Assembly (NCBI GenBank): GCA_964016885.1
Contig: OZ024743.1
Coordinates: forward strand, 42,594,001 to 42,658,000
Origin: Eledone cirrhosa
Taxonomy: Eukaryota
Direction of reading: 5' to 3'
Length of the DNA: 64,000 nucleotides
Positions 32,200-47,034 of the stretch are shown here, one piece after another. The position numbers were made by a program, and so were the translations under genes. Each line of letters starts with the position of its first letter. Within the stretch, counting starts at the first letter, position 1. Under the pieces are notes generated by a model, which did no database searches, had not been told where the DNA came from, and was given only the letters and a program-made list of their open reading frames with translations.

Positions 32200-35100
32200 T
32201 TATCATTTACAAAATTACGTTGGAGCCTCAAAAACAAAAACAAAATAACAATATACGCACATCACACACGCACGCACACACACACACACACACACATACA
32301 ACACACATCCCAACAACAACAGACACACAGACACAAACAAAAATAACAACACACACAACAATAATAACATACACGGAGACAACAACAACAACACATCTCA
32401 ACAACAGCACACATCAACAATAACGCACACACATTCTATGCCTCTCACCACTACCAAAATCTTAACAAACACACAGACACAGAAAACAGATAATGACAGT
32501 AACACAGAAATAAGGGAAGGTAATAGGATTGAAAGGAGAAGGGAATCTATCAATACTGACAGAGAAAATAACTAGGACGAACACACAGACACACAAAATA
32601 GAGTAGATAATAACAATGAGACAGGAGTAATAATGAGAGATATAGAAACGACCATGAAGCTGTTGGTGGAAATAGAAATAGAAATAACACAATTAACAAT
32701 AACAATAGCAATAGTACACATAAAGCAGCAGCCTGGAACTCGAGTTTTTATAATCCTTCCGATAAGTCTTTCGACGTGCGACGAGTCCACGCCACGACTT
32801 TGGCTTTTAACAAACGCACGCAATTGCCGTCGCAGGTCGATGAACAAACAGAAGCACAATTTAGTATAGCTAGATCTAAACTTAGAAACATTATAGAACA
32901 GTATAGTAAGAAGCAAAATAGAATCGAGGCCCAGCAACTGGGAGAAAAATCTGCAAATGGCTTGCGTAAGTTCATGCAGCGCTCGCGTAATGGAGAGATT
33001 GCATGCTTTCCAACAGACAAGTCTGGCAGAATGTCGGTTGACAGTCTGTCAAACTACATCCAGGCAATGCAACCCCACATCACTAACACAAGAGAGGTAA
33101 CACCACAAGAGCATGAGGATAGGGAAAAAATCCTCAATACCCATATGATGATGTAGACAAACATAATGCAGCCCAACAAAAGGACTGCCAACAACTTCCA
33201 GGCCTGGAACAATGACGTGCCAGCGTTGTATGGGCTTCGGAAAGACCATAAAACGTGCAGTGACCCTGTAACAGGACCACCAACACGGCCAGTCTGTGGA
33301 GCTAACATTGCTAGTAACTACAGACTTTCCTACTTCCTCTCCCCGATCATACGCCTCATCATTGAAATGTCCCCAGATATATGTGACAGCACGGAGGACC
33401 TCCTCAGCAGAATCAGCGAAGGTAACCGATCTAGGGACCTAACAAACTGCAAAATAGGCAGTATGGATGTTGTGTCCCTATATCCATCTATTGACGAGGA
33501 TTTTTCTGTGGAGAAATGCGTAGAAATGATCAGTGAGAGCAATGTTGAATTTCGTGGGATTGATACCAGTGAGCTGGGACTCCTACTTAAACTTACTTAT
33601 AGTAATAATTATCTAGATACATATGACTTTAGCAACCTGAGCCCTACAAGACCAGCAAGAGGCAGACAACCTACCATTACCTCAATGGCCAAGAAAACCC
33701 ACACAGATAGATGGAACGGGTGGACCAGAGCCATACGAAAACCACGATGAACTAAAGAAAATGATTGCACATGCGGTGGGGGCCAGTATAAAATTAACCC
33801 TTAAGGAACATATGTTCAAATTTAATGGAAAAACATATGCCCAAGAGGATGGAGCAGCCATTGGTGTTAGCATTGCAGGTGACATAGCTCACCTATTCAT
33901 GGTATGATGGGACAATAGACTTAAACTTAAAGAACAATTAGATGACACCAACCTCTTAATCCTGATAATGTACTCCCGCTACGTTGATGATATAAACATT
34001 GTAGTAAAAACACTCCCACTAGAGAACAGTCAGGAATTAGAGAAAAACACCATGGAAAGCATCCAGCAAATAGCTAACTCCGTCCACCAGAGTATTAGAG
34101 TTACTATAGACTACCCAAGCAAACACCCCAACCATCGGTTACCTGTACTAGACACAGAGCTCTGGTTAGATACTATCAATAACAAAAAACAGATCCTCCA
34201 TTCCCATTATGCTAAACCCATGACTTCCAAATATCTGATCCACCGAAACTCAGCTGTTTCGGACCACACCTAAATCAACATACTGATTGTGGATTTGGTA
34301 CGGGTGATGATAAACGTGTCCCGCATGTGCAACACCAAAGAACTAGAGAGACACATACAACACTTCATCCACCGTACGCAGTTCTCTGGTTACAATCAGA
34401 GAGATAAAATCAGAGTATATAGAGGAGCCAGAACCAAATGAGAAAAAATGGTAAATAATGATACAAATGGAACCTGCCCCTTGTATAGGAGCACATTTTT
34501 GGAATAGAATAGAAAGAACTAGGAATAAGGTTAATAGAATAAACTCATGGTATGATAGCAATAAATACCAGAGTGTAATGTTTATCGATACAACCCCTAG
34601 AGGTGAATTAGCTTACAAATTTAGAAGGGCCCTAGATAAACATAAACTCAATATTAAGATAGTAGAAAGACCAGGTACCTCCATAAAAACATTTATTAGC
34701 AATACATACCCTTTTCAAAGACCTCCCTGTATAGATAAGAAATGTATAATCTGTAAATTAAGCCCCCATATTAACTGTAAAACTAGAAATGTAGTATATA
34801 GCATAAGACGTACTGAAGGACAATGTAGAGATAAGAATATAGTGTACATAGGTGAGACAGCTCGAAGTATAGGGGAACGCATAAATGAACACTGGCGAGA
34901 CCTTCAAGATAGTAATGAATCATCTGTACTCTACCAACATGCTAAAATAGAACATAACGGTAAATTAGAGAACATAGAAATAAAAATAGAATCTACACAC
35001 AGAAAAGACGTAATGGTTAGACAAATCACAGAGGCAATAAACATAAATGAACTCCAACCAAAATTAAATAGAAAACATGAATGGAACAGCAACATCACAA

Positions 35101-35498
35101 CTTACAATTAAGGACAAAATGAAAACACACACGCACATAGAACAAACAACCAACCAGTAACATGTACATAAACAAATAAATAAACAAATATAAACACACA
35201 CAGACACCCAGATGTAACACATGCGCAAACTAAGCACACAACACACACCAAAAACAAGATGGCGTAGAACAGAACAAAGGAGAGGCACAAAAACAAAGAA
35301 AAGAATCCCCAGTCAATGAAGAGTTCACAGAATGTGTGACGAAAGAACTTTGACAATGTATAAACAATCATCTGGTTGTGGAACCAACCAACCAACTGGA
35401 AATTTATAAATTCCTAAATTTATAAATGTATTATAATAAATTGAAGTGAAAGCATTGGTGCGTGTGTTTCTTATTGGCAACATGACCCTCCCAAAGTA

Positions 35499-35503
<5 letters not shown>
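32200..35503 (+). mobile_element. Degenerate Penelope-like element (third lineage) with RT, GIY-YIG and pLTR
   Basis: PTDKSGR, LYGLRKDHK, PTRPVCGA, GSMDVVSLYPSI, QEDGAAIG, MYSRYVDDI, LPVLD, NVVYSI...YIGETARSIGERINEH; decayed HHR at 35312-35354 (gtca-ATGAAGA...GAAA-gaac-TT-tgac). Confidence 0.9.
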
Positions 35504-35565
<62 letters not shown>

Positions 35566-35567
<2 letters not shown>

Positions 35568-36215
35568 AGTAAGAATATTTACGAAACAGCGAGCCAATTT
35601 GAAATTATAAATATAAGCTATCGCCGTATTTTGACTAAAGAAATTAAAGAAATTATTTACCCTGATAGTGGGGTTAAGGACACTCGGAGAAATGGAAAAA
35701 GATGAGTATTGACGTACATGGGAGTCGAACCCACATCTGGTTTCGAAACCAGATGTGGGTTCGACTCCCATGTACTCCTATGTGTTGGTGTAATGGTAGC
35801 ACAGTGATCTGGATAACCAAAGATGTGGGTTCGACTCCCATGTACGTCAATACTCATCTTTTTCCATTTCTCCGAGGGTTCTTAACCCCACTATCAGACT
35901 AAATAATTTCTTTTATTTCTTTAGTCAAAATACGGCGATAGCTTATATTATAATTTCAAACTGGCTCGCTGTTTCGAAAATATTCTTACTTGACATTACA
36001 GTTGCTAAGATTATAGCTTCTCATTTGAATGAATGAAGGCGGGTGATGTGTTGGTGTAATGGTAGCACAGTGGTCTGGATAACCAAAGATGTGGGTCGAC
36101 TCCCATGTACGTCAATACTCATCTTTTTTCCATTTCTCCGAGGGTTCTTAACCCTACTATCAGGCGAAATAATTTCTTTAATTTCTTTAGTGAAAATACG
36201 GCGATAGCTTATATA
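35566..36215. mobile_element. tRNA-headed repeat (SINE-like): ~268-bp tandem units on + preceded by an inverted partial copy
   Basis: Cloverleaf-like heads at 35780-35849 and 36044-36114 (A box tggtgtaatgg, B box ggttcgactcc); palindrome centre near 35742. Confidence 0.75.
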
Positions 36216-36219
36216 TATA

Positions 36220-36303
<84 letters not shown>

Positions 36304-38314
36304 CGTACATGATTATGACTATATTCGTGTCTGTGTCCATTTTTACGTTTTGTTTATGTCCCAGTATCTTAGCGATTTCACGGCAGTAGGTCTATAATAT
36401 CGGTACAGTACTGTACAAAAAAAGAAACATTTATTTTGGTTGATATTGACAAAAATCTCTCGATCTGGCGCCCAAGCATGATTTTCATTGTAATAAAGAA
36501 AGGCGGTCAAATAATAAAATCATTTGCGGGCGTGGTACGAGCGGGTTTAGGTGTATGTGTGAGTGTGTATGGTGGTGTAGGTGTGGGAGTACATGCATGC
36601 TGCTAGTCCTTATATTTAACTGGTGCAAGTTAATGACCGTACTTTGAAAATATCTTGTATATTGATGGCTTTCATAGATTTCGACTCAGTTTGATGTAAA
36701 ATCCCTTAAACAATTGACAAATGTCAGATTCAATATCTGATGGTCACTCATCAACATACGTTAAAAGCATTTCTTAGAGATGCGTATTATTTTGTAATAT
36801 TGAATATGGAACGCAAGCAAACTATTTTTGGATGTGATAGAATTATGCAGTGTTTCATAGGATTATGTAACGTGTTTCACTTTTATTAATATTGTAATCT
36901 CAAACAAAGCATTGAGTAAATATTTATTATCCATTTCAAATTATATTTGTCCTTATCATTTTAAATATTCATGAAACTGCTATTATATTTAGATCAACCC
37001 ACAAATTTTCCCAATAATCTCGGTTGAAATTCCTTAAATCGTGACAGTAAATATGTTCCAATATTGACCATACTACACTCAATAATATCTCCACGTTAGA
37101 GAAAATGATCCTTGAATCGATTCTGATAACATCATAATGGTCTAAGATGTTGGCAAAAACCATATTTTTTCAATATTCCCTTATTTGAATTTATTCTAAT
37201 CTAAGCTTATTCACTATTTCGTTTATATATTTGTCTTTTATTTTAAAATCTACTGAATGCATAATAAACTAGATATTAAATATTAGGAATTATAATAAAA
37301 GGAGAGACGAAGTGATTTTAGAAAAGGTTATACTACTAGTGCGCACGTGAGATTTATATTAAAAAATAATAACATTCGATTTTTTGCAAGCAAAAAACTT
37401 CCTTAGATGTTTTTCTTTAGGCGGGTAGACTGTTAAATGAACATCACTATCCTTTTGTTATAGTGGTGACAGAGAATATTGTCGCGAATATTGTATCTGG
37501 GTTATTACACTGTGTCAAGATTGTGTATCTCTCTTCTGTCACTCATTAGAACTCTTGAAAATATATAGTATTCTGTAAATTATACATCGGCTGATTAGCT
37601 TAATTTGTATACCGAGCTGGCTTTGCCGAAAATGAAAAGCAGAATTGAATTTGTTTTTCGCTCTAACATTATCGAATATCTATAAAATTCTATTCATTTG
37701 CAACCAAACAGTCTCATAACGCTGTCTTCATTTTCAAATTTTCATGAAAATATAGGCACTGTTTTCCATTAGAAATATAGTAAGAAAAGAGTTATTTGCT
37801 TATAACACACCTTCACAAAATTGTAGCCTCTATATAAATATATTTCTTGCTAGAGTTAGCAAACAAATCTTCCTCAAATCCGATCGTGTCCTGTTCAAGA
37901 GACGGCATGGTTGACTATATAATATGGCGCCTAAATGCAAATAGTATAAGGTTAGATATAATGACATTAATAATAGAACTACATAGTCTTGAATTCGGGC
38001 TAAAGTATAGCAACGGCGGCAGCTTGAATGTATCGCAGCAACTAGATATGTTCTTGATATCCTCGAGAGATGTTACAGTGCCAAACAATCAAATATTATT
38101 TTTTTAATGCGTAGACTAGTGACTAATTTATCATGAGTGGCATGCTATATAAATATCTATTACACAATAGACACACTGACTAATGTTCATTGACTTAAAA
38201 TTTTGGGTATCGTGGGGGAAAATATATCAATATTGATTTGGTAAACATTAGTAACATTCACGCTTTAGTGAAATTGTATATGTATGTACATACACACACA
38301 CATACCCCCCCCCC

Positions 38315-38394
<80 letters not shown>

Positions 38395-39128
38395 ACACAT
38401 ATATATATATATATAAATATATATACGTGCAGCTCGAGCGTCATTAATTATAGAAGGCCTTCAGTCACCCATACATACATGTCTCCCTTCCCCACGCCAT
38501 TGATATTGTCCAAATGAAAGCTTATTGCTCAAGGTCACCTATGGAAGCTACGAGACCAACTCCAGCGAGTCAGACTTGGAGATTAAAAAAATCTTGTCTT
38601 GATAAAAGCACAGCATCCAACGAAGATACCCAGATAGAATTGAACACTATTCAACATGTAAACTGGAAATTGAATGATACGCCGAGCTAGTAGCAGTAAA
38701 TCTGTCAACAATAACATCAGGAAACTTTTTCAGAGCCTACAAATTCCACCAGTCAAACGGCAGATAATTCTGCCACTAGACATATATAATGAAACGAGAT
38801 TCAATATTTCATATGTTCGCTAGCATCACATTAAGATACTTTACCGGTGACATATCTGCATACTTACCGTCAAGACACCTCATGATTGTGTGTATGAGCA
38901 TCTGATGATGTCACATGTAAACTATTAATGATATAAGCATTATAGATGCACGTCATTGAAATATATATATACGGCAATGAAACAATCGTGAATAAAACAT
39001 AAATGAAAACTCGATCACACCTCATCATCTAAATTTATGTTAGCTGGGAATACACTACTGACACTAAGTGCTTTCGGATTGCCTACGGTTTATCCTCAAG
39101 GCCTTACAGCCTAACCACCATAGATAAG

Positions 39129-39184
<56 letters not shown>

Positions 39185-39199
39185 TAAAATAGCAGATTA

Positions 39200-39252
39200 A
39201 AGTTTAAGCAAAGAATCGCTGCTTTCACCCTTAACGGGATCTTCTGAAACTT
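39200..39252 (-). ncRNA. Type I hammerhead with a true hairpin stem III and a U4A core change (probably decayed)
   Basis: Minus strand: aagttt-CAGAAGA-tccc gttaa gggt-GAAA-gca gcgattctt tgc-TT-aaactt. Confidence 0.55.
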
Positions 39253-39294
39253 ATCGAGCCCTCTTTGGATTTTAGTCTTCAAATTTATTATTAT

Positions 39295-39431
<137 letters not shown>

Positions 39432-39563
39432 GATAAATCTACCAAGAGTTTACGGTAGTGTCCAATCCGTATGAAGAACTCAATGTATTCCGGATATCAT
39501 GGAAAGAAGAGATGTAATGAAAATCCACTTTCGGTGAAAGATAAACGGTATACAGAGTCAAGA

Positions 39564-40002
39564 TAAAATATTAAACAAATAATGAATAAACAATTCCTTA
39601 TATTAAACAAAAAAAGTTCATTATTTAACGATCGTTTCTAGGGTATATATGTGTTATAATTGGTATGCATATTCAACAGATCTATGTACAAAATTATACA
39701 AAATTATACAAATTATCAAGATTAAATATACATACCTAACACATATATACGCCGTCTTCCGAAATAATATTTCTGAAGACGGCGTATATATGTGTTAGGT
39801 ATGTATATATTTCTGAAGACGGCGTATATATGTGTTAGGTATGTATATTTAATCTTGATAATTTGTATAATTTTGTATAATTTTGTACATAGATCTGTTG
39901 AATATGCATACCAATTATAACACATATATACCCTAGAAACGATCGTTAAATAATGAACTTTTTTTGTTTAATATAAGGAATTGTTTATTCATTATTTGTT
40001 TA

Positions 40003-40010
<8 letters not shown>
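39564..40010. repeat. ~195-bp-arm inverted repeat with a 42-bp tandem duplication near the centre
   Basis: 39564-39758 is the reverse complement of 39815-40010; ttctgaagacggcgtatatatgtgttaggtatgtata occurs twice. Confidence 0.85.
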
Positions 40011-40040
<30 letters not shown>

Positions 40041-40755
40041 TATATATATACACATATATACATATATATATGTACATATATACATATATATATATGTGTG
40101 TGGGGGTGAGGTGGGAAGTGTCTACGTGTGTGAATGTGTTTGTGCAACTATGTGTCCGTGTGTGTATCGAATGTTTTGTATACGAAATAATTGGAGAGAA
40201 TTTTTCAATTAGATTTGTATGCACCGTTTCGCATTTTCGAAAGGAAATATTTTATACACAGCAAAGTACCTAGAATGCATTTATATTTCATTAGCTTTTG
40301 TTTGTACAATTAATGGTAAATATTGTATTTAAGAAACAATTAATATCCACATTTTAAAATTCAGTTTCTCATATTCAAATGCGACATCTGGTAATAAGAT
40401 TGTAAGTTACTCAAATTTGCGGGTTGGGCATTCGTAATTATTCTGCTACTGAAACAACTTAAACCATACTAATTGTACGTTGTAATTATAGAGTTAATAA
40501 AGTGTGACACCAAGAATACAGTGATCGACAGCATGTTCCCATAATAATACAAAAACATCGATATATACAAACAGGTCGAACACTAGCCTGGACCATCACG
40601 AAAGGACATGAATGGATAAAAATCGATAAAACTCTTCGATGGGTCTCTGTGAACTGTGAAGATACATCACGGGTTGCATAATGTGTATGCAAGTCATAGA
40701 TGCATATATTGATGGAACAGGAGGAATGCCTCTTCGATATATATATATGTGTGTT

Positions 40756-40794
<39 letters not shown>

Positions 40795-41676
40795 CAAGAA
40801 AGAAGAGTGACATGGTTTGCTATACAATAAGGGCTTTATTCACATTGCTGACAATTGTTTCTCTGAACTGGTAGGTCTAGAGATCGCTACCGCCTGATTT
40901 TGCGTCAATCGATCCCCAATACTTTGTTATAACAAGCAATTATATCTCACCAAACAATTACATCTCACATTAACACTCATGATCTTCAACAGTTGAACTT
41001 AGTTCTAAGTACATTATTTTACTACTACTACAGTCCTAGAAATATCACTTTCTTCTTGTTGTTATAATGAACACCCCAATGTATCCGTAATAGTATTCAT
41101 CATGTTCTCTATATATACCTTGCTTTCTTTACTACTGTATTACCTTATTGTCTCTATTGTTGTTGTTATTCTTGTCTTATTCATGCACGATTTATTATTG
41201 ACGCTGTGAAAGCTAAACCCCCATGATTCGAACTAACAAACCCTACATCTAATATAGGCCACTTAAATAACGAATCTACAACTCCACGTTACACCACATA
41301 AAAATTACCATCCTCACAACAATGAAAATATTTTATCTGTCAGATAATAAATAAATCTTCAACTTACGGCCAGGAAATCTTCAGTAAAGCAGATAGTCCA
41401 AAATTCCAGGCCCCAAGTTATCTCTTTCCCACCTCTGCACTATATCTAGTGTACCCCATGACAGCTTTCACATCTCAATTTCATACATCTGTATCGTATC
41501 AGTTCGTTTTACATGCTAAGGTCATCATTATACTCTATTTCTTACTTAGATTGATGTTGTGATTGTTTTAATTATTTACTATCTAGCGAATTTATTTGAG
41601 TATTGTTATTATTGTTCTGATTTAATACCACTACTATATATAGTAGCCATGCCTGTGTATATCCTTCATTCTCGCA

Positions 41677-41784
41677 TGCTCTGATGAATAGACTGGTTAT
41701 AACAGAGTATTGGTGATCGATTGACGCAAAATCAGGCGGGTAGCGATCTATAGACCTACCAGTTCAGAGAGACAATTGTCAGCA
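41677..41784 (+). ncRNA. Hammerhead candidate with ~80-nt stem II; inverted partner copy at 40790-40955
   Basis: tgct-CTGATGA-..actggt...accagt..-GAGA-caattg-TC-agca. The partner copy has GAAA but a decayed CTGATGA. Confidence 0.55.
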
Positions 41785-41994
41785 ATGTGAAAAAAGCTCT
41801 TATTGTATAGCAAACCATGTCACTCTTCTTTCTTGATTTATTATTACTCGAAGTATAAACTACATAGAAATCACCGCGTACTCGCAGCATCACTATGGAA
41901 ACGTCTTGTTGAGTCAAACTTAGCCAAGCGTTAATACTATCCACTACACGGAGTACTCTAGCTGGACTACCTATAACGATAATTTTTTATCCCG

Positions 41995-42062
<68 letters not shown>

Positions 42063-42399
42063 CATATACATATAAAGTATTTTTTATGCAACCCACACGA
42101 GTAAAGATATAAAAAAATATTGAAATTGCATATTTACAATAACTTTACCAGTTTAACACTTTCATGATTTTCAAAAGTCATGTGAGATGAGATATGTCGC
42201 TATGCTTTGATGGGTCTCGCACTACACTGACTTGGGTTGGGAAAAAAACTCATTCACCTGATTAGGCATGCGCCTTTGTTGAAGAATATATATATATATA
42301 TTGCCTTGTCCGACGAACGAATGAGGACGTTTTTTTCGTATTCGTCTTATTCGGGAAACCTCTGGTAATGAGGTAATTATATTGTATTGTTTATTATAC

Positions 42400-42490
<91 letters not shown>

Positions 42491-42987
42491 TATCAAAAAC
42501 TATTTTCTCGTTCAACTTTCCTTGTTATCTCTACAATACTAATTTTTCAAAACTTGATTTCGAAAACCAAAATAATGGTAGAGAAAATAGTAAATATTTC
42601 TCATATGTTTTAATGGCACGAACCATCGATTAGTAATTCCTAGACATTTGTTTCCCATATCCTTACGGCACGTCAGCATTCTAACTTAAAAACATATAGG
42701 TGTATTATTGAAGTAAGCAAATGACGTTTCTCTAGATCGTGACGTTTTGAAAACATTCAGGATATTTTCTTATACTTTCAATTAACAAAAGAACATATAC
42801 ATAACATGTCGATGAAGGCTACGCGATAACGACATTTTTTCCCATCTCTTCAGTTTAAGTCTCTCACTTCCAATTATACTTACAAATGCTAGTTCTGAGG
42901 TTGTGTGTGATACATTATTATATATATCTTTACATTTTCACAAATATATATATGTGTGTGTGGGTGGGTGTCTCTGTATGTGTGTGT

Positions 42988-43055
<68 letters not shown>

Positions 43056-44874
43056 GTGTGCGTGTGCGCGTACGTCCGTGTGTGCGTATGTACGTGTGTG
43101 CGTATGTACGTGTGTGCGTGTGTGTATGTTAATATGTATATGTGTATGTATGTATAATCTAAATAAAATAAGGATGGATATTGTTAAACACTGATGAGTA
43201 TCTCAGTCGAAATTTACATAAAATATTGAATAGAGTAAAATATTTACATAAGCTCTCACACTTATGGACAATACTACACACGCACACGCACACACACACA
43301 CACATACACACAAACACACACGTGTGTGTGTGTTAGCAAAGAAGCGGCACTAAGTAAACAGTTACCTAAGCCAAACAGACATCTGCCTCATTAGATTTGT
43401 TCAGCGACATTCTGGTGCACAATTTCGTGCATATGTATAATACTAAATGGGGATCAGTGGAAAATATATTTAACACACATGAACATTGTAACTCAATACA
43501 TATGAACATTGCACGTTAATATCATACCTACTCTAGAAGGACGAACATCAAAATTGATGTAGGTGGGATTGATCTCAGAACAAAAGCAGCTGCAATATAT
43601 AATATAGGATATTTTTACATAAGGCTGTGACTTATGCAAATCTAAATTTCAGAAAGAATAGAACATCTCTTGGGTTTTATTACCATTGTTACTCCCGGAG
43701 AGCCTCTGCACTTTCTTCGTATCCTATACATTCTCTTTCTATCTACTGTTTCGGATGAATGAAAATTAATATTTAGCAAAATTTAAACTGAGAAAAGAAA
43801 AACTGAAACAAAAAGATGATGATAAGGAGAATTTGTTTCCGTTGGTCTTAACATAGGGGGTAATATCTGTCAGTCGCAGTTCTGTTAAATGAAAACATGA
43901 ATTTGTAAGATAGAGGAAAGTTGAGATAGTGTCCCTATATCAATTCCTAAAACCATTTGAATTTTATTTATAGGAAGTCGGAACAAATAACGAGACATTT
44001 AATCCGAACTACTATAAGTTCTGCTGATTCGCCGTGTAAAAAAATGGAAACATACGACTTCTCTTTGATTTTATTACAATTCTTGAGACCGTCATCTCAT
44101 TTACCCTCGCATTGCAGATACTATCTCTGTTTTGCAGTAGTAGTTTTGTTGTAATTTTCATTCCGTGACAAGACATTATGGCAAGGCAGAGCAAAAGAAG
44201 TTGACAAAATACCAGGTATTATATCTCCGTTCCGTACATTTAATTTCTTAGAAAATTTGGATGAGTAAATTACGCCTGAGGAAGGTGTCCAGGGTATTGC
44301 TACCGTACCACCATCGCAACGATTTTGAAATCTTGACTACAAGGTGTAGCTAAGGCGCACCATTCATCCAAAGAGAAAAATATCACCCTCCCCTTTTCAT
44401 CTTTTTTCTTTTTTCTTTTTCCTCTCTTGTAATTAGCGACAGAAAGTTTTTAAGTAAATGAAATTTCTAATGTAGAAATTTCATCTCCAAAGTGTTTACT
44501 TAATATTTCTTCCATTAATTTCTCTTGAAGTCGACTAATTTTTGTTGATTCAGTAAAATACTTTAAATACTTCAGAGTAAATTAATTTCCTGACAAATAC
44601 CACGTTATTATTTGAAATGTTGTAATCTAACCATGGTGGGAAAATGTGTTTTGCTGACATGAAATTTAAAAAAAGTGAATTTGAATTTATATATTCAGTT
44701 TAAGTAAAATTTATTACTATGTATCAATGCATGTAATTCACGTACATGCTGATATATGTGGGGTTTTGCTTTTGTATATATGCATTTCTGCATAGGGATG
44801 TCTGGGCGGGAGCAACATCGGTTTGTAAGAATATATATATACGTATATGTGTAGATATATATATATATATATAT

Positions 44875-45350
44875 ATAAGTATGTATACGTACATACATAT
44901 ATGTATACAGACATACAGTAGTATGTATATACATGCATACATGCACACATATATATATATATGTACTTATGGGTTTACTTATTGGATTACAGACCATTTA
45001 TTATAATGCTCGGTTTGATTGTAAACAAACAGCCCGAATTATTAGCCGTACAGTGTTCGGCAACCATCGTTGCCATTTTGTTCAACACTGACAAAGGAAC
45101 GATGAACTAGTTTTTAGCTTATTAGCTGTCATCAGCAACGTATACTCCTGTGAGTTGATTGAACGTTTGAAAGTATATACTTTCCTTATGCATATTAACG
45201 GCTGAGCAGCCTGATTTGCGTATATATATGTGTGCATGTATGTGTGTATATACATACTACAGTACGTATGTATACATATATGTATGTACGTGTACATACT
45301 TTTATTTAAATAGCAGCCGTACTAAGAGTGAGAAATAAATTTTCATTTTT
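44875..45350 (-). mobile_element. Retrozyme family B copy with a G12A-inactivated hammerhead (45099-45141)
   Basis: Minus strand: cgttg-CTGATGA-cagctaataagcta-AAAA-ctag-TT-catcg. Confidence 0.7.
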
Positions 45351-45394
45351 TTTATTTATATATATATAGATACGTATGTATCTATATATATATG

Positions 45395-45459
<65 letters not shown>

Positions 45460-45484
45460 ATATATATATATATATATAATATAT

Positions 45485-45545
<61 letters not shown>

Positions 45546-45564
45546 ATATATATATATAATATAT

Positions 45565-45596
<32 letters not shown>

Positions 45597-45623
45597 ATAT
45601 ATATATATATATATAATATATAT

Positions 45624-45709
<86 letters not shown>

Positions 45710-45717
<8 letters not shown>

Positions 45718-46130
45718 GATATTAAATAAATCGAAACTATATTTATAAAACCATATTTATTCTATTATATATATTTCAAGGATACCAAAAACTTTGGTTC
45801 GCCCTCATCAGATAAAATACAAAGTTTGTTTTATAAATATTGACATATCCAAGAAGAAGATCTTAACGGTCCAATTTTTCAGGAAAAACTTGGAATCGTT
45901 AAGAACTTCTTCCTGGATATGTCAATATTTATAAAACAAACTTTGTATTTTATCTGATGAGGGTGTACCAACGTTTTAGGTATCCTTGAAATATATATAA
46001 TAGAATAAAAAGGTTTTTATAAATATAGTTTCTATTTATTTAATATCATTGAATATTATACTCCAGAAAAACTGTCGAGTGCTTCGAATCAGTTATAAAC
46101 ATATATATTTGTTGAATTAACAACAAATTA
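45710..46130. repeat. Inverted pLTR pair with core-intact hammerheads at 45758-45819(-) and 45946-46007(+)
   Basis: tattttat-CTGATGA-ggg..tatcctt-GAAA-tatata-TA-atagaata; related to 2740-2930. Confidence 0.8.
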
Positions 46131-47034
46131 AACATCCTTGTTGCTTATATATATAGTGACGAAACATAAGTCAATTGCATGAACTCATAATCCTTTATTT
46201 ACTGCTATATATATTTCTATGATAGCCATTGAATGGCTATGACCTCATCAGGTAGTTAGTCACTTCTTAGATATGCCAGCTCTGTATTTATGGTGTTGAT
46301 TGTATCAGAGCCTTGGGACATATGAGCTTGTTAGGAATAATTTAATGTTGTCAGCAGGAATAGTCTTAATTCTCATTGGTCAGTTTGTAGATGCTAGTAG
46401 GGTTGGTATTTGACCTCAAAGAGGTAGGTGGTGTTGTAAAATTCAAACCGTCAGGCAAGATGACAATAGTTCCATATGACTGATTTTCACAAAAAGCATT
46501 CCTGGTCAGATATATATTCAATTAAGGTTAATAGTATGAAATAGATACTACAGGTCATTCTTAAATTGAGGAATTTATGTGGAGTGGTGCTACTGAAAAT
46601 GATGGTTAGAGTAGAAAATTTACAAATAAAAAGACTTATGTAGGTTGGCTTGTACGTACACTCACACCCACCTCCACGGACACACACACACATCCACACA
46701 TACAAATTGAGGGTTTAATGATGGGTGGTAATACTTAAAATAATGGTTAGAGTCAAATACTTAGATAGTTTAGAAAATTTAGAAATAAAAGACTTATGTT
46801 GGTTGACGTGTACATACACTCACACCTACCCCCTCAGACACACGCACATCTACAAACGCAAATCCATACAGGTGTGTATATATACATATGAACGCACAAG
46901 TATATATATATATATAAAATATATATATAAAATATATATACATATATAAAATATATATATATATATAAAATATATATATATATATATAAAATATACATAC
47001 ATATATATATATAAAATACATATATATATATATA

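Noticed and set aside
35780-36114. Functional tRNA genes
   Set aside because: Stems and spacing are irregular, one copy lacks a T-loop base, and both are embedded in a larger repeated unit. Treated as SINE-like heads.
39055-39110. Minus-strand TTGAGGA..GAAA hammerhead-like motif
   Set aside because: The core is incomplete once stem II is formed, and stem I does not pair.
43191-43225. CTGATGA-gtatctcagtc-GAAA hammerhead-like core
   Set aside because: No complementary stem I and essentially no stem II; probably a chance match.
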